DNA from: Bacillota bacterium
GTDB taxonomy: Bacteria > Bacillota > Dethiobacteria > DTU022
Direction of reading: 5' to 3'
Length of the DNA stretch: 64,000 nucleotides
Assembly (NCBI GenBank): GCA_033549065.1
Contig: JAWSUE010000001.1
Coordinates: 179,136-243,135 of the forward strand
Below, in pieces: positions 40,736 through 50,264 of this stretch. Within the stretch, counting starts at the first letter, position 1. The number at the start of each line of letters is the position of its first letter. The position numbers were made by a program, and so were the translations under genes. The notes below the pieces were generated by a model. The model did no database searches and was not told the DNA's origin. It worked only from the letters and a program-made list of their open reading frames with translations.

Positions 40736-41389
40736 TTAACGTTCAAAACGCAGATCATTAATAACATTTCTGAAATCTGCGTCAGTCACCCTTTCCAGGT
40801 TGATCTCAATCCCATCCCATGTGTCGATGATGTTGACAAATTCATTGTCGATAAAAATCACCTGGGCAATTCGTTCCCATTCTGCCAGTCCGCGATGATA
40901 GAGCTCAAGGTAAGTATTTGCTTCACCTGAAACCAGTCGATACTGGGTTCTGAACCAATAACCTTCAGATGGAACAGCAAGATTCACCATCTCGTTTGGC
41001 AGAAACTGAAAATATACTTCATTATCTGCACTCGTCCCCTTCCAGGAACCGACAAGATCGCCGGTAACAGTGCCTCCTGCAGAAGGTACATCACCGCTGC
41101 GGAATAAGAACCAGTAACCGGCACCGGCGCCGACAACAAGGAGCAGGACAAGGATTATTACAGGTATTACCCAACGGTTACCCTTCTTTACCGAAGCTTT
41201 TTTGTAGGTTTCACTCTGACGGGGAGCTAAAACCTTTTTCTCCCGATCACTTTTAACCGATCCTGTTTGTTCAGCCTTAACGGCAGCGGGTGCCGGGGCA
41301 TCTTCCAGCATTGATTCACAATATCTACATTTTATAGCCCTCGAAGGGATATCTTCTAAGCAAAACGGACAGGTTTTAAAATCAGCCAT
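40736..41389 (-). CDS. Membrane protein with N-terminal zinc-ribbon and extracytoplasmic domain
   Basis: 'CPFC...CRYC' zinc ribbon, one TM segment 'VIPVIILVLLLVVGAGAGYWFLF', ~120-aa C-terminal domain. Confidence 0.45.
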   Translation of the reverse strand: MADFKTCPFCLEDIPSRAIKCRYCESMLEDAPAPAAVKAEQTGSVKSDREKKVLAPRQSETYKKASVKKGNRWVIPVIILVLLLVVGAGAGYWFLFRSGDVPSAGGTVTGDLVGSWKGTSADNEVYFQFLPNEMVNLAVPSEGYWFRTQYRLVSGEANTYLELYHRGLAEWERIAQVIFIDNEFVNIIDTWDGIEINLERVTDADFRNVINDLRFER

Positions 41390-41590
41390 TCTCCAACCTC
41401 CTGAACCTAATATAACAAAACTATTATCCTGATCAAACTATAGATTACATTATAACATAATCTGATTAATGGCAACCAACTATTGCATTTATGATTTTAT
41501 TAAGTTATAATTCATAACGATAAGCCCGTTGCTTTAAATCAAAGAGCGGGCTTGTAATTTCAGAAAGGTCTTTTCTAAGGAGGAACCTGC

Positions 41591-42163
41591 ATGCCTAAAC
41601 TCAAGACCTTATTTATCCTGATCCTGATTCTCGTGCTTTCTTCTTTACTAATCGGTTGTGGGCTGCTTGCATCCGACAGCAGTGAGCCGGGAAATCAATC
41701 AGGAGTGCAAAATGGAGACCTGCCCGGATGGCTATTACTGGCCCATCGTTCTGTTGAAGGAGCCGGAAGTGATATTGATGATCCTCTGAACCCGAAGGAT
41801 CCCGAAGTTGAGGATAATGGAGAAGAACCTGAAGCAACACCGGAAGATTCAGGCACATCACCCACACCGACTCCCGCCCCGGCAACGCCGGCACCGGCAA
41901 CACCGGTTCCATCACCGACCCCCACTCCCGGTGGAAGCGGACGCTTAAGCCCATCGGAGCAGGCTGAAGTTAACCGTGCTCTTGCAGCGCTTGACAGCAT
42001 TATTGCTGATTATAAAAATACAACAGATTTCACCGAAAGATCAGAACTGCAAAGTCAGTTTGATCAAATCGTCAGGGCGCTTAAAACCAAATATGATATT
42101 AATTATCCTAAAAAAATTGATGGATCCGGAGATAACATCAGTGACTGGTGGGAAGTAAATTAA
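41591..42163 (+). CDS. Lipoprotein with an acidic Pro/Thr-rich linker and small C-terminal domain
   Basis: Lipobox 'LLIGC'. Low-complexity 'TPTPAPATPAPATPVPSPTPTP'. Confidence 0.5.
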   Translation: MPKLKTLFILILILVLSSLLIGCGLLASDSSEPGNQSGVQNGDLPGWLLLAHRSVEGAGSDIDDPLNPKDPEVEDNGEEPEATPEDSGTSPTPTPAPATPAPATPVPSPTPTPGGSGRLSPSEQAEVNRALAALDSIIADYKNTTDFTERSELQSQFDQIVRALKTKYDINYPKKIDGSGDNISDWWEVN

Positions 42164-42216
42164 CTGCAGCAATTTAAAGGTCATCAATGAAATAAAAATG
42201 AATTAGAAAATGTTAA

Positions 42217-42243
42217 AGGCCTCATCACGATGCGATGAGGCCT
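42217..42243. terminator. Bidirectional hairpin terminator
   Basis: AGGCCTCATC-acgatgc-GATGAGGCCT with U-tracts on both strands. Confidence 0.55.
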
Positions 42244-42265
42244 ATTCCTAGATATTTTTCCAGTA

Positions 42266-43276
42266 CTAATTATTCATAACCATTCTGCCACCACCTATCT
42301 CTATAAAAAAGTGGCAGGCAGCCATATGCCCCGCTTTCATCTCCCCTGCAGAACGTAGTTCGGGAGCTTCAACACCGCATCTCTCGACTGCATAGGGGCA
42401 GCGGGTATGAAAACGGCAGCCTTCAGGTGGATCTATTGAAGATGGAACATCTCCCTTAAGCACAATCCGTTCTCTTTTTCGCCCCGGCCTGGGTACCGGT
42501 ATGGCAGACAACAGCGCCCGGGTGTAAGGATGTTTGGGGTTATCAAAAAGTGAATATTTATCGGCTATTTCCACGATTTTGCCCAGGTACATGACCAGGA
42601 TCCGGTCCGAGATATGACGGACTACCCCTAAGTCATGAGAAATGAATAGATAGGTCAACTGAAAATCTCTCTGCAGCTGCTTCAGGAGGTTTAAAATCTG
42701 CGCCCTGATCGAAACATCAAGAGCAGAAACTGCTTCATCACAGACAATTAGCCTTGGATTTAGCGATAGCGCCCGGGCTATTCCGATGCGCTGCCTCTGC
42801 CCGCCGCTGAATTCATGGGGATAGCGATCTGCATGATAAGCAGCTAAACCAACAGTTTCAAGCAGTTCAATCGCACGCTTCCTTCGTTCTTCCCGGGGAA
42901 CTATATTTTGAATCTGCATCGCCTCTGAAAGAACCTGGGCCACCATCTGCCGCGGGTTGATCGATGCATAGGGATCCTGAAATATGATTTGCATATTTTT
43001 TCGCATGGCACGCATAGCTTTTTTATTCAGGGATGTAAGATCAATCCTATCAAAATATACCTTTCCGGAGGTTGGTTTTTCCAAGTACAGTATTGCCCTG
43101 CCGGCAGTAGATTTACCGCATCCTGATTCCCCCACGATACTTAATGTTTCGCCTTCAAATACTGTAAAAGATATATCATCTACAGCTTTCACCTGATTAA
43201 CTGTCCGGCCGAGAAAGCCACCCTTGATCGGATAGTATAATACCAGGTTTTCGACTCTGAGCAGTTCATTAATCAC
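42266..43276 (-). CDS. Peptide/nickel-type ABC transporter ATP-binding protein (F-type). Start moved to the GTG at 43276 that overlaps the upstream TAA.
   Basis: 'GESGCGKST' and 'SGGQRQR'. GGGAGGTG RBS with a GTGATTAA start/stop overlap. Confidence 0.8.
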   Translation of the reverse strand: MINELLRVENLVLYYPIKGGFLGRTVNQVKAVDDISFTVFEGETLSIVGESGCGKSTAGRAILYLEKPTSGKVYFDRIDLTSLNKKAMRAMRKNMQIIFQDPYASINPRQMVAQVLSEAMQIQNIVPREERRKRAIELLETVGLAAYHADRYPHEFSGGQRQRIGIARALSLNPRLIVCDEAVSALDVSIRAQILNLLKQLQRDFQLTYLFISHDLGVVRHISDRILVMYLGKIVEIADKYSLFDNPKHPYTRALLSAIPVPRPGRKRERIVLKGDVPSSIDPPEGCRFHTRCPYAVERCGVEAPELRSAGEMKAGHMAACHFFIEIGGGRMVMNN

Positions 43277-44282
43277 CGGATCTGAGCACCTCCCTGCGGC
43301 CTTTCCAGTTACTGCTGTAAATCCAGCAGCGGACAAGGCGGTTGGATGTAAGATTTTCTAATCCAGGTAATTCCTTAATACATATTTCTTCAGCATAAGG
43401 ACAGCGGGGAGCAAAACGGCACCCTGCAGGGAGCTCCGAAGGGCTGGGCACCGATCCCTTAATAGCTTCCAACTCATCCCGATCAATATCATGCCGTGGA
43501 AGCGAATTAAATAAACCAGCTGTGTAAGGATGCTTCGGATCATTAAAGAGCGAATCTACATCGGCGTACTCAACTATACTACCGCTGTACATAACAGCCA
43601 CATAATTGCATGTTTCCGCAACAATCCCAAGATCATGGGTAATGATTATAACCGACATACCCAATTTATCCTGAAGCTCCTTGATCAACTCCAGGATCTG
43701 GGCCTGGATTGTTACATCCAAAGCTGTTGTAGGCTCATCTGCTATAAGCAGTTCAGGAACACAGGCCAGAGCCATGGCGATCATCACTCTCTGTCTCATA
43801 CCACCTGACAGTTCAAAGGGATACTGATCAATTCTTTTTTCCGGAGTGGGGATGCCAACCAGTTTAAGCATCTCGACAGACTTAGATCTCGCTTCTTTGT
43901 TACCCATATTCTGGTGTACATGCAGTGCTTCCCTGATTTGCTCTCCCACCGTTAAAACCGGGTTCAGTGATGTCATCGGCTCCTGGAAAATCATAGAAAT
44001 CTGGTTGCCCCTTATCGATAGCATTTCCTTTTCACTCTTATTTATTATATTCTCACCTTTGAAGAGTATTTCTCCCCTGATAATTCTACCGGGTTTTTCA
44101 ACAAGCCTGAGAACTGACAGGGCCATTACGCTTTTCCCACATCCGGATTCCCCGACAACACCTAATGTTTCTCCTTTTGGTATATCGAGCGAAACACCGT
44201 CAATCGCTTTTATTTCACCTTCATCGGTAAAAAACGAAGTGCAGAGATTATTGATTTTTAAAATTGGCTCAACCCGGGACAC
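43269..44282 (-). CDS. Peptide/nickel-type ABC transporter ATP-binding protein (D-type)
   Basis: 'GESGCGKSV' and 'LSGGMRQR'. Confidence 0.85.
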   Translation of the reverse strand: MSRVEPILKINNLCTSFFTDEGEIKAIDGVSLDIPKGETLGVVGESGCGKSVMALSVLRLVEKPGRIIRGEILFKGENIINKSEKEMLSIRGNQISMIFQEPMTSLNPVLTVGEQIREALHVHQNMGNKEARSKSVEMLKLVGIPTPEKRIDQYPFELSGGMRQRVMIAMALACVPELLIADEPTTALDVTIQAQILELIKELQDKLGMSVIIITHDLGIVAETCNYVAVMYSGSIVEYADVDSLFNDPKHPYTAGLFNSLPRHDIDRDELEAIKGSVPSPSELPAGCRFAPRCPYAEEICIKELPGLENLTSNRLVRCWIYSSNWKGRREVLRSGD

Positions 44283-44315
44283 TTAACACACCTCTTTTTA
44301 AATCTTAGTTGTATA

Positions 44316-45236
44316 TTAATTAAGATCGATTCTTTTATTCAGATAACGATATGAAATATCAACGAGCATATTAACCAGGACGAATGTCAGGGCAAAAACC
44401 AGAACAATACCCTGTACAAGGGGGAAATCGCGAGCCCTGATGGCATCTATCGCCAGGCGTCCCATGCCATTTATAGCAAATACTGTCTCGGCAAGCACTG
44501 TTCCGGAGAGCAGCATACCAGCTTCAATTCCGATAACCGTGACTACCGGGATTAGGGCATTCTTCAGACCGTGTTTATAGATCACTACCCTCTCTTTGAG
44601 CCCCTTCGCCCGTGCTGTCCGGATATAATCCTGGTTGATCACATCCAACATACTCGACCTGGTCATCCGGGCAATGATAGCCGCGCCTCCCGTTCCAAGT
44701 GTTAAAACCGGCAGTATAGCCTGCTGCCAGGTTCCCCAACCAGAAGGTGGCACGAGAGCCAGCTCAATTGCAATATACTTGATCAACATCAAGCCCAGCC
44801 AAAAATTGGGCATGGATAATCCGAATAAGGCAACAACCATCAAAAGGGAATCAAGCAAGCTGTACTTACGGACAGCCGATATAACACCGGCGATCAGGCC
44901 GATAAAAATGCTTACTACCATGCTGTAAATGGCAAGCCTCATTGTGATCCAGAACCTGGCCTGTATCTCACCTGTTACAGGCCTGCTGCTCCGGATCGAT
45001 TGCCCCAGATCACCCTGCAGTAGGTTGCCCATGTATCTTAAGTACTGGATCGGTATGGGATCATTTAAACCCAACCTCTCCCTGATTGCTTCCACCTGGG
45101 CTGCGGGGGCTGCTTCACCGGCTATGATCTGGGCCGGATCACCGGGGATAAGGTGCATCAGGGAAAAAACCAATATGGTTACGCCGATGACGACGGGGAT
45201 TGTCTGGATAAGTCTCCGAACAAAAAATTGAAGCAA
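44316..45236 (-). CDS. ABC permease, OppB/DppB type
   Basis: N-terminus 'FVRRLIQTIPVVIGVTILVF' is B-type. Confidence 0.8.
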   Translation of the reverse strand: MLQFFVRRLIQTIPVVIGVTILVFSLMHLIPGDPAQIIAGEAAPAAQVEAIRERLGLNDPIPIQYLRYMGNLLQGDLGQSIRSSRPVTGEIQARFWITMRLAIYSMVVSIFIGLIAGVISAVRKYSLLDSLLMVVALFGLSMPNFWLGLMLIKYIAIELALVPPSGWGTWQQAILPVLTLGTGGAAIIARMTRSSMLDVINQDYIRTARAKGLKERVVIYKHGLKNALIPVVTVIGIEAGMLLSGTVLAETVFAINGMGRLAIDAIRARDFPLVQGIVLVFALTFVLVNMLVDISYRYLNKRIDLN

Positions 45237-45252
45237 ATATTACACCTCTTTT

Positions 45253-46146
45253 CTACGCTTTCATTTTAGGATCAAAAGCATCCCGTAATCCATCACCGAA
45301 GAGATTAAAGGCCAAAACAACTGTCACAATAGCCAACCCGGGAAATAGAGCCACATGTGGATGATCGAACATATAACTACGCCCCGAGCTTAGCATGGCT
45401 CCCCATTCAGGAGTAGGCGGTTGTGCGCCCAGACCGAGAAATGATAAGCCGCTGGCGATTAAAATAGCGATTGCAATTCGGATTGTAGCCTGAACAATAA
45501 TTGGCGATAAGATATTTGGTAATATGTGTAAAACTATAATACGCAGATCGCTTGCGCCCAGAGCTCTTACAGCATCAATGTATTCCAATTTACTCACAGC
45601 CATGGTAGAGCCTCTTACAATCCGGGCAAACCCGGGGACAGAAAAAACACCAACAGCGAGAATCACGTTGAATATGCTCCCACCAAGAACTGACACAAGG
45701 GCAATTGCCAGTAATATACCCGGGAATGCAAGCAGTACATCAATGCAGCGCATTATTATGGAGTCATATATCTTTCCGTAGTAACCGGAAATAATACCCA
45801 GGGGAACGCCTATCACCGCTCCGACCAGAACTGATAGAAATCCAATATAGAGGGTAATGGATGTTCCGTGGACAAGTCGGGTAAAAATATCCCGCCCGTT
45901 GTGATCCGTTCCAAGCCAGTGTGTTGATGACGGGCTGAGCAGTTTGGTAGAATAGTCAACTCTGAAAGGGTCGTACACAGTTAAAGAAGGACCGATTATG
46001 GCAACAACTATTAACAGCAGAATTAGATATCCACCGATTAGAGCTGCTTTATTCCTGCTTAATTTTTTATAAATCACCTTCCAGCCTGAATTACTTTTCA
46101 GATCAGAATTAGAGGCTGCAGGGTTTTCGGTTGACAGGCTGCGCAT
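45253..46146 (-). CDS. ABC permease, OppC/DppC type
   Basis: C-terminus 'FGDGLRDAFDPKMKA' is C-type. Confidence 0.8.
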   Translation of the reverse strand: MRSLSTENPAASNSDLKSNSGWKVIYKKLSRNKAALIGGYLILLLIVVAIIGPSLTVYDPFRVDYSTKLLSPSSTHWLGTDHNGRDIFTRLVHGTSITLYIGFLSVLVGAVIGVPLGIISGYYGKIYDSIIMRCIDVLLAFPGILLAIALVSVLGGSIFNVILAVGVFSVPGFARIVRGSTMAVSKLEYIDAVRALGASDLRIIVLHILPNILSPIIVQATIRIAIAILIASGLSFLGLGAQPPTPEWGAMLSSGRSYMFDHPHVALFPGLAIVTVVLAFNLFGDGLRDAFDPKMKA

Positions 46147-46380
46147 AAAATTTATTATTCCCTTCTGAAATGATCAGATCCGGGCCTTTAAATCTTTAAA
46201 TATGTCTATATTTCTATACAATTAAATCATAATATGCTTTCTATACTTTCCAAAAGATGTTACTCTATAGTATAATCAATTATGCTGCATTTTTGTAGGT
46301 TAAATTTTTTTAAATCAAATTTACATTAAATTACATAAAATGCGGCACATAAAAAGTAAACCTTAAAGGGGGAAGAAAAG

Positions 46381-47964
46381 ATGAGAATTGCTCGTGTTTT
46401 TGGGATTGTATTACTCCTGGTATTGGTGCCCTTTCTGGTGGTAGCCTGTGGACCTGCAGACGATGTAGGTGAAGGGGAACCAATTCCTGAGGGTGGCGGA
46501 GACCTGATTATTGCTACTCTATCAGACGCCGTCTCTATGGACCCGCATGGTTCCAACGATGTTCCTTCAAGCAACATAGCCTATAACATCTATGAATCAC
46601 TGGTTTATTTTGATATGAACAGTGAACTGCAGCCTTTACTGGCAACAGAGTGGGAAGCTTTAGACGACACAACATGGGAATTTACCCTGCGCGAAGGGGT
46701 TAAATTCCACGATGATACTGACTTTACCGCTGAAGCTGTAAAAGCTACCTTTGACCGTCTGCTGGATCCCGACATCGCATCACCCAGGCTCTTCCTGTTT
46801 GGAATGATCGAAGAGGTAATTGTAGTTGATGACTATACTGTTCAATTTGTAACCCAATTCCCGTTTGCCCCGCTGCCGGCTCACCTTGCTCATAACGGAG
46901 GCGCTATTATCAGTCCGGCAGCAATCGAAAAAGATTATGCTGAAATGGCAGCAGGAAATGAACCGGGGACTTACCTGTCACAAAATCCCGTAGGTACCGG
47001 CTTTTTCCGGTTTGAGAACTGGACACCGGGTAGCGAATTAACCCTGGTCCGCTATGAAAATTACTGGGGTGAACCTGCTCAACTGGAAAGTGTTACATTC
47101 AAGGTTGTTCCTGAAAACCTGACCCGCCTGTCCGAACTGGAAACCGGCTTTGCTCATATTGCCGATCCGATTCAACCCAGTGATTTAAGCCGTGTAGAAA
47201 ATATGCCAAATGCACATATCTATACGCAGTCAAGCACCTCATTGGCTTATATAGGCTTCCAGTGTGAGAAAGAACCTTTCAATGATGTTCGGGTACGTCA
47301 GGCAATTTCCATGGCAATCAACAAAGATGATATTATTGAAGGGGTTTACGAAGGAACAGCTATTCCTGCAGTTGGTCCTATTGCTCCAGGGGTTTTCGGA
47401 TACGATCCTTCCGTGAGCACAATTCCTTATGATGTTGACCAGGCTCGTGAATTGCTGGTTGAAGCAGGTTATGCAGATGGATTTTCAACCTCAATCTGGA
47501 CCAATGATAACCCTGCCCGTATCCAAATTGCCGAATATGTGCAGTCTAAGCTGAGTGAGTTAAATATTGATGTAAGTATCGAAGTAGTTGAGTGGGGAGC
47601 CTACTTGGATGGCACAGCAGAAGGTAACCATGAGATGTTTATCCTCGGTTGGTCAACTCCCACACTAGATGCAGATTATGCAACTTATGCACTATTCCAT
47701 TCCAGCAATATTGGCGCTCCCGGCAACCGTTCATACTTCAGCGATCCCGAAGTAGATGAATTGCTGGATCTGGGTCGCCAGGAATCAGATCCCGATCTGC
47801 GTCTTCAGTACTATCGGGAAGTACAGGAAAAACTGGTTGAATTAGCTCCCATGCTTTATCTCTTACACATTGAAGATTTGGTCGGTGTAAGTGACAGTGT
47901 CAAGAATTTTGAAATGACTTCAGCCAGAATATTCCAGCTTCGCAATGTATATATTGAGCAATAA
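46381..47964 (+). CDS. Family-5 solute-binding lipoprotein (peptide/nickel), divergent from its ABC operon
   Basis: Lipobox 'VVACG' and SBP_bac_5 conservation. Confidence 0.8.
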   Translation: MRIARVFGIVLLLVLVPFLVVACGPADDVGEGEPIPEGGGDLIIATLSDAVSMDPHGSNDVPSSNIAYNIYESLVYFDMNSELQPLLATEWEALDDTTWEFTLREGVKFHDDTDFTAEAVKATFDRLLDPDIASPRLFLFGMIEEVIVVDDYTVQFVTQFPFAPLPAHLAHNGGAIISPAAIEKDYAEMAAGNEPGTYLSQNPVGTGFFRFENWTPGSELTLVRYENYWGEPAQLESVTFKVVPENLTRLSELETGFAHIADPIQPSDLSRVENMPNAHIYTQSSTSLAYIGFQCEKEPFNDVRVRQAISMAINKDDIIEGVYEGTAIPAVGPIAPGVFGYDPSVSTIPYDVDQARELLVEAGYADGFSTSIWTNDNPARIQIAEYVQSKLSELNIDVSIEVVEWGAYLDGTAEGNHEMFILGWSTPTLDADYATYALFHSSNIGAPGNRSYFSDPEVDELLDLGRQESDPDLRLQYYREVQEKLVELAPMLYLLHIEDLVGVSDSVKNFEMTSARIFQLRNVYIEQ

Positions 47965-47976
47965 ATGCTGATTATC

Positions 47977-48012
47977 AAGGGGGGCGGCAAAATGCCGCCT
48001 CCCTTTTTTATT
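47977..48012 (+). terminator. Rho-independent terminator
   Basis: GGGGGGCGGC-aaaat-GCCGCCTCCC followed by TTTTTTATTT. Confidence 0.7.
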
Positions 48013-48145
48013 TATTTTTTATCAACAAGGAAGGTTATTTTTTTTGTTTATTGAATGATTTTAATCAAGAAACTATATAACTATATTCCACGCTGTGATA
48101 AACCGAATGCGGACAATAACAGTCAGATCTTCGGAGGGTTATGGT

Positions 48146-49087
48146 ATGAATGAAATCCATAAGATCCTGGCTAATGTAAGCAGAGTAATCATCGGCAAGG
48201 AAGATAAGATAAAAATCTTACTGGCCGCAATATTTTCCAACGGACATATCTTGATTGAAGATGTTCCCGGCACAGGAAAAACCACCCTTGCCAAGGCAAT
48301 AGCCAAATCTCTGGGTTGTACTTTTAAACGAATACAATTCACCCCGGATCTAATGCCCTCGGATATTATCGGCTTATCGGTCTATGATAAACATAAAGAC
48401 GATTTTATTTTTAAGCCCGGTCCTGTACTTAGCCAATTTATTCTTGCCGATGAGATAAATCGGACATCCCCTAAAACCCAGTCCGCTTTGCTGGAGGCAA
48501 TGGCTGAAAAACAGGTAACTGTAGATGGATTTACCCACCTTCTGCCAGTACCGTTTATTGTGATCGCCACTCAGAATCCTATAGAATACGAAGGAACATA
48601 TCCTCTTCCTGAAGCCCAGCTTGACAGATTTATGCTCTCCATATCAATCGGCTATCCTGATCCCCTGGATGAGCAAAAAATCTTAAAACTTCAACCCGGC
48701 AGCGACCTTCTTTTAGAAGTTGATACTGTTATACAGTCAAATGAGCTAATCAGTATTCAGGAAAAGGTTACAACCGTTCATATTTCTATGGCGGTAGAAG
48801 AATATATTGTTAAACTGACCCAGGCAACCCGTATTCATCCGGATATCTTACTGGGTATCAGCCCAAGGGGTTCTCAATATCTTTATAGCGCTGCCAGGGG
48901 CTTTGCCTTTTTGCATAATCGGGAGTACGTATTACCTGACGACATTAAAATGCTGGTTATTCCCGTTTTTTCGCATCGCCTGATTCTCAAGCCACAGGCA
49001 CGTTTGAAAGGCAAAACCGCTTCAGATGTTTTGGGTGAGATTTTGGATAAAACCCAGGTGCCGGTGAGTTTCAATGTTACAGATTAA
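48146..49087 (+). CDS. MoxR-family AAA+ ATPase
   Basis: Walker A 'VPGTGKTTLAKA' and 'ADEINR'. Start chosen at ATG 48146 with a GGAGGG RBS. Confidence 0.85.
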   Translation: MNEIHKILANVSRVIIGKEDKIKILLAAIFSNGHILIEDVPGTGKTTLAKAIAKSLGCTFKRIQFTPDLMPSDIIGLSVYDKHKDDFIFKPGPVLSQFILADEINRTSPKTQSALLEAMAEKQVTVDGFTHLLPVPFIVIATQNPIEYEGTYPLPEAQLDRFMLSISIGYPDPLDEQKILKLQPGSDLLLEVDTVIQSNELISIQEKVTTVHISMAVEEYIVKLTQATRIHPDILLGISPRGSQYLYSAARGFAFLHNREYVLPDDIKMLVIPVFSHRLILKPQARLKGKTASDVLGEILDKTQVPVSFNVTD

Positions 49088-50264
49088 AAAACCGGTTTAT
49101 ATTTATGGAGTCATTTTATTGGGGATTATCGCTCTAATGGTTGGTGGCAAATTCCCCTATCTTTTTTTCTATATCTCGGTTTTAATCTTCCTCTTTCCTT
49201 ACTTATGGCTCTCATTCAGCTTACGCAATTTAAGCGGATCAATCCGTGTATCTTCTACCCATGCCGAAGTCGGCCAATTTATTACTGTGACTTATGAAAT
49301 AAAAAACTCACGTAACGGTAGATTTCCTTACCTGGAATTAACGGATATTATCGGACAAACTTTCCAGGTTCCCACTGAAAAGAAATTTGTCAGCCTCAAT
49401 TCGGAAGAAACAATTATTGTCGAAAAAGAAGTTATATGTTCACGCAGAGGAAGATACGACCTTAAGGAATTTCAGGTAAAAACAGGGGATCCTTTTAACT
49501 TTTTTCAGTTAAGCAAACCGCTTGCTACAGGTGAAGAAATAAGGGTCTACCCAAAGTTAAAAATTCTCCAGGGCATAACGCCGAGCGCAAAACAGCATTT
49601 TGGCAACCTGGCTGTTCAGGAACTGTACTATGAGAGCTACAGCCAGATATCAGATTTGAGGGAGTGGCAGTACGGAGATAGTGTAAAAAAAATACACTGG
49701 AAACAATCTGCCAGACAAAACCGTCTTATTGTAAAAAATTTTGACCATAAGGGAGATGCAACATTAAATATTTTTATTGACATGCGGATAAAAAGCTTTC
49801 AACACGATAATAACTATCAATTAGAAGATTTAGCTATCGAAACTGCAGCCTCTGTATTATTCACCAGCCTGGGTAATAATATGCCTGTAGAGGTATTTTC
49901 CGAACTAATTTCAGCCGGCAGCCTGGTTGGTAGACATTACAACGATTACTGGGATATTATGGATACACTCATTACATTTTCTCCTAAAAGTAAGACAGAT
50001 TTCAGTATATATTTAGTCAACCAGAGTTTTTATCTACCCCCCGGCAGTTGCCTTTTTCTCATTACACCTCTGATCAATTTACAGGATGCTGCAACCTTTA
50101 TGAGCCTTAAACAAAAGGGATACATAATTAACCTATTCTTCCTTACTTTTAATGAATTAAGCAAGAGCGAAAGAACCATCCTTGATCGTTTAAACTGTAC
50201 AGGCGTTAAAGTTTTTGTACTGAATCCATCGGAGGTCACCGAAGATGGCAGCCGAACAATTTGA
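49074..50264 (+). CDS. DUF58-family protein (MoxR partner, vWA-like)
   Basis: 'DLREWQYGDSVKKIHWKQSARQNRLIVKNFD' DUF58 signature. Two N-terminal TM segments. Confidence 0.75.
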   Translation: MLQIKKPVYIYGVILLGIIALMVGGKFPYLFFYISVLIFLFPYLWLSFSLRNLSGSIRVSSTHAEVGQFITVTYEIKNSRNGRFPYLELTDIIGQTFQVPTEKKFVSLNSEETIIVEKEVICSRRGRYDLKEFQVKTGDPFNFFQLSKPLATGEEIRVYPKLKILQGITPSAKQHFGNLAVQELYYESYSQISDLREWQYGDSVKKIHWKQSARQNRLIVKNFDHKGDATLNIFIDMRIKSFQHDNNYQLEDLAIETAASVLFTSLGNNMPVEVFSELISAGSLVGRHYNDYWDIMDTLITFSPKSKTDFSIYLVNQSFYLPPGSCLFLITPLINLQDAATFMSLKQKGYIINLFFLTFNELSKSERTILDRLNCTGVKVFVLNPSEVTEDGSRTI

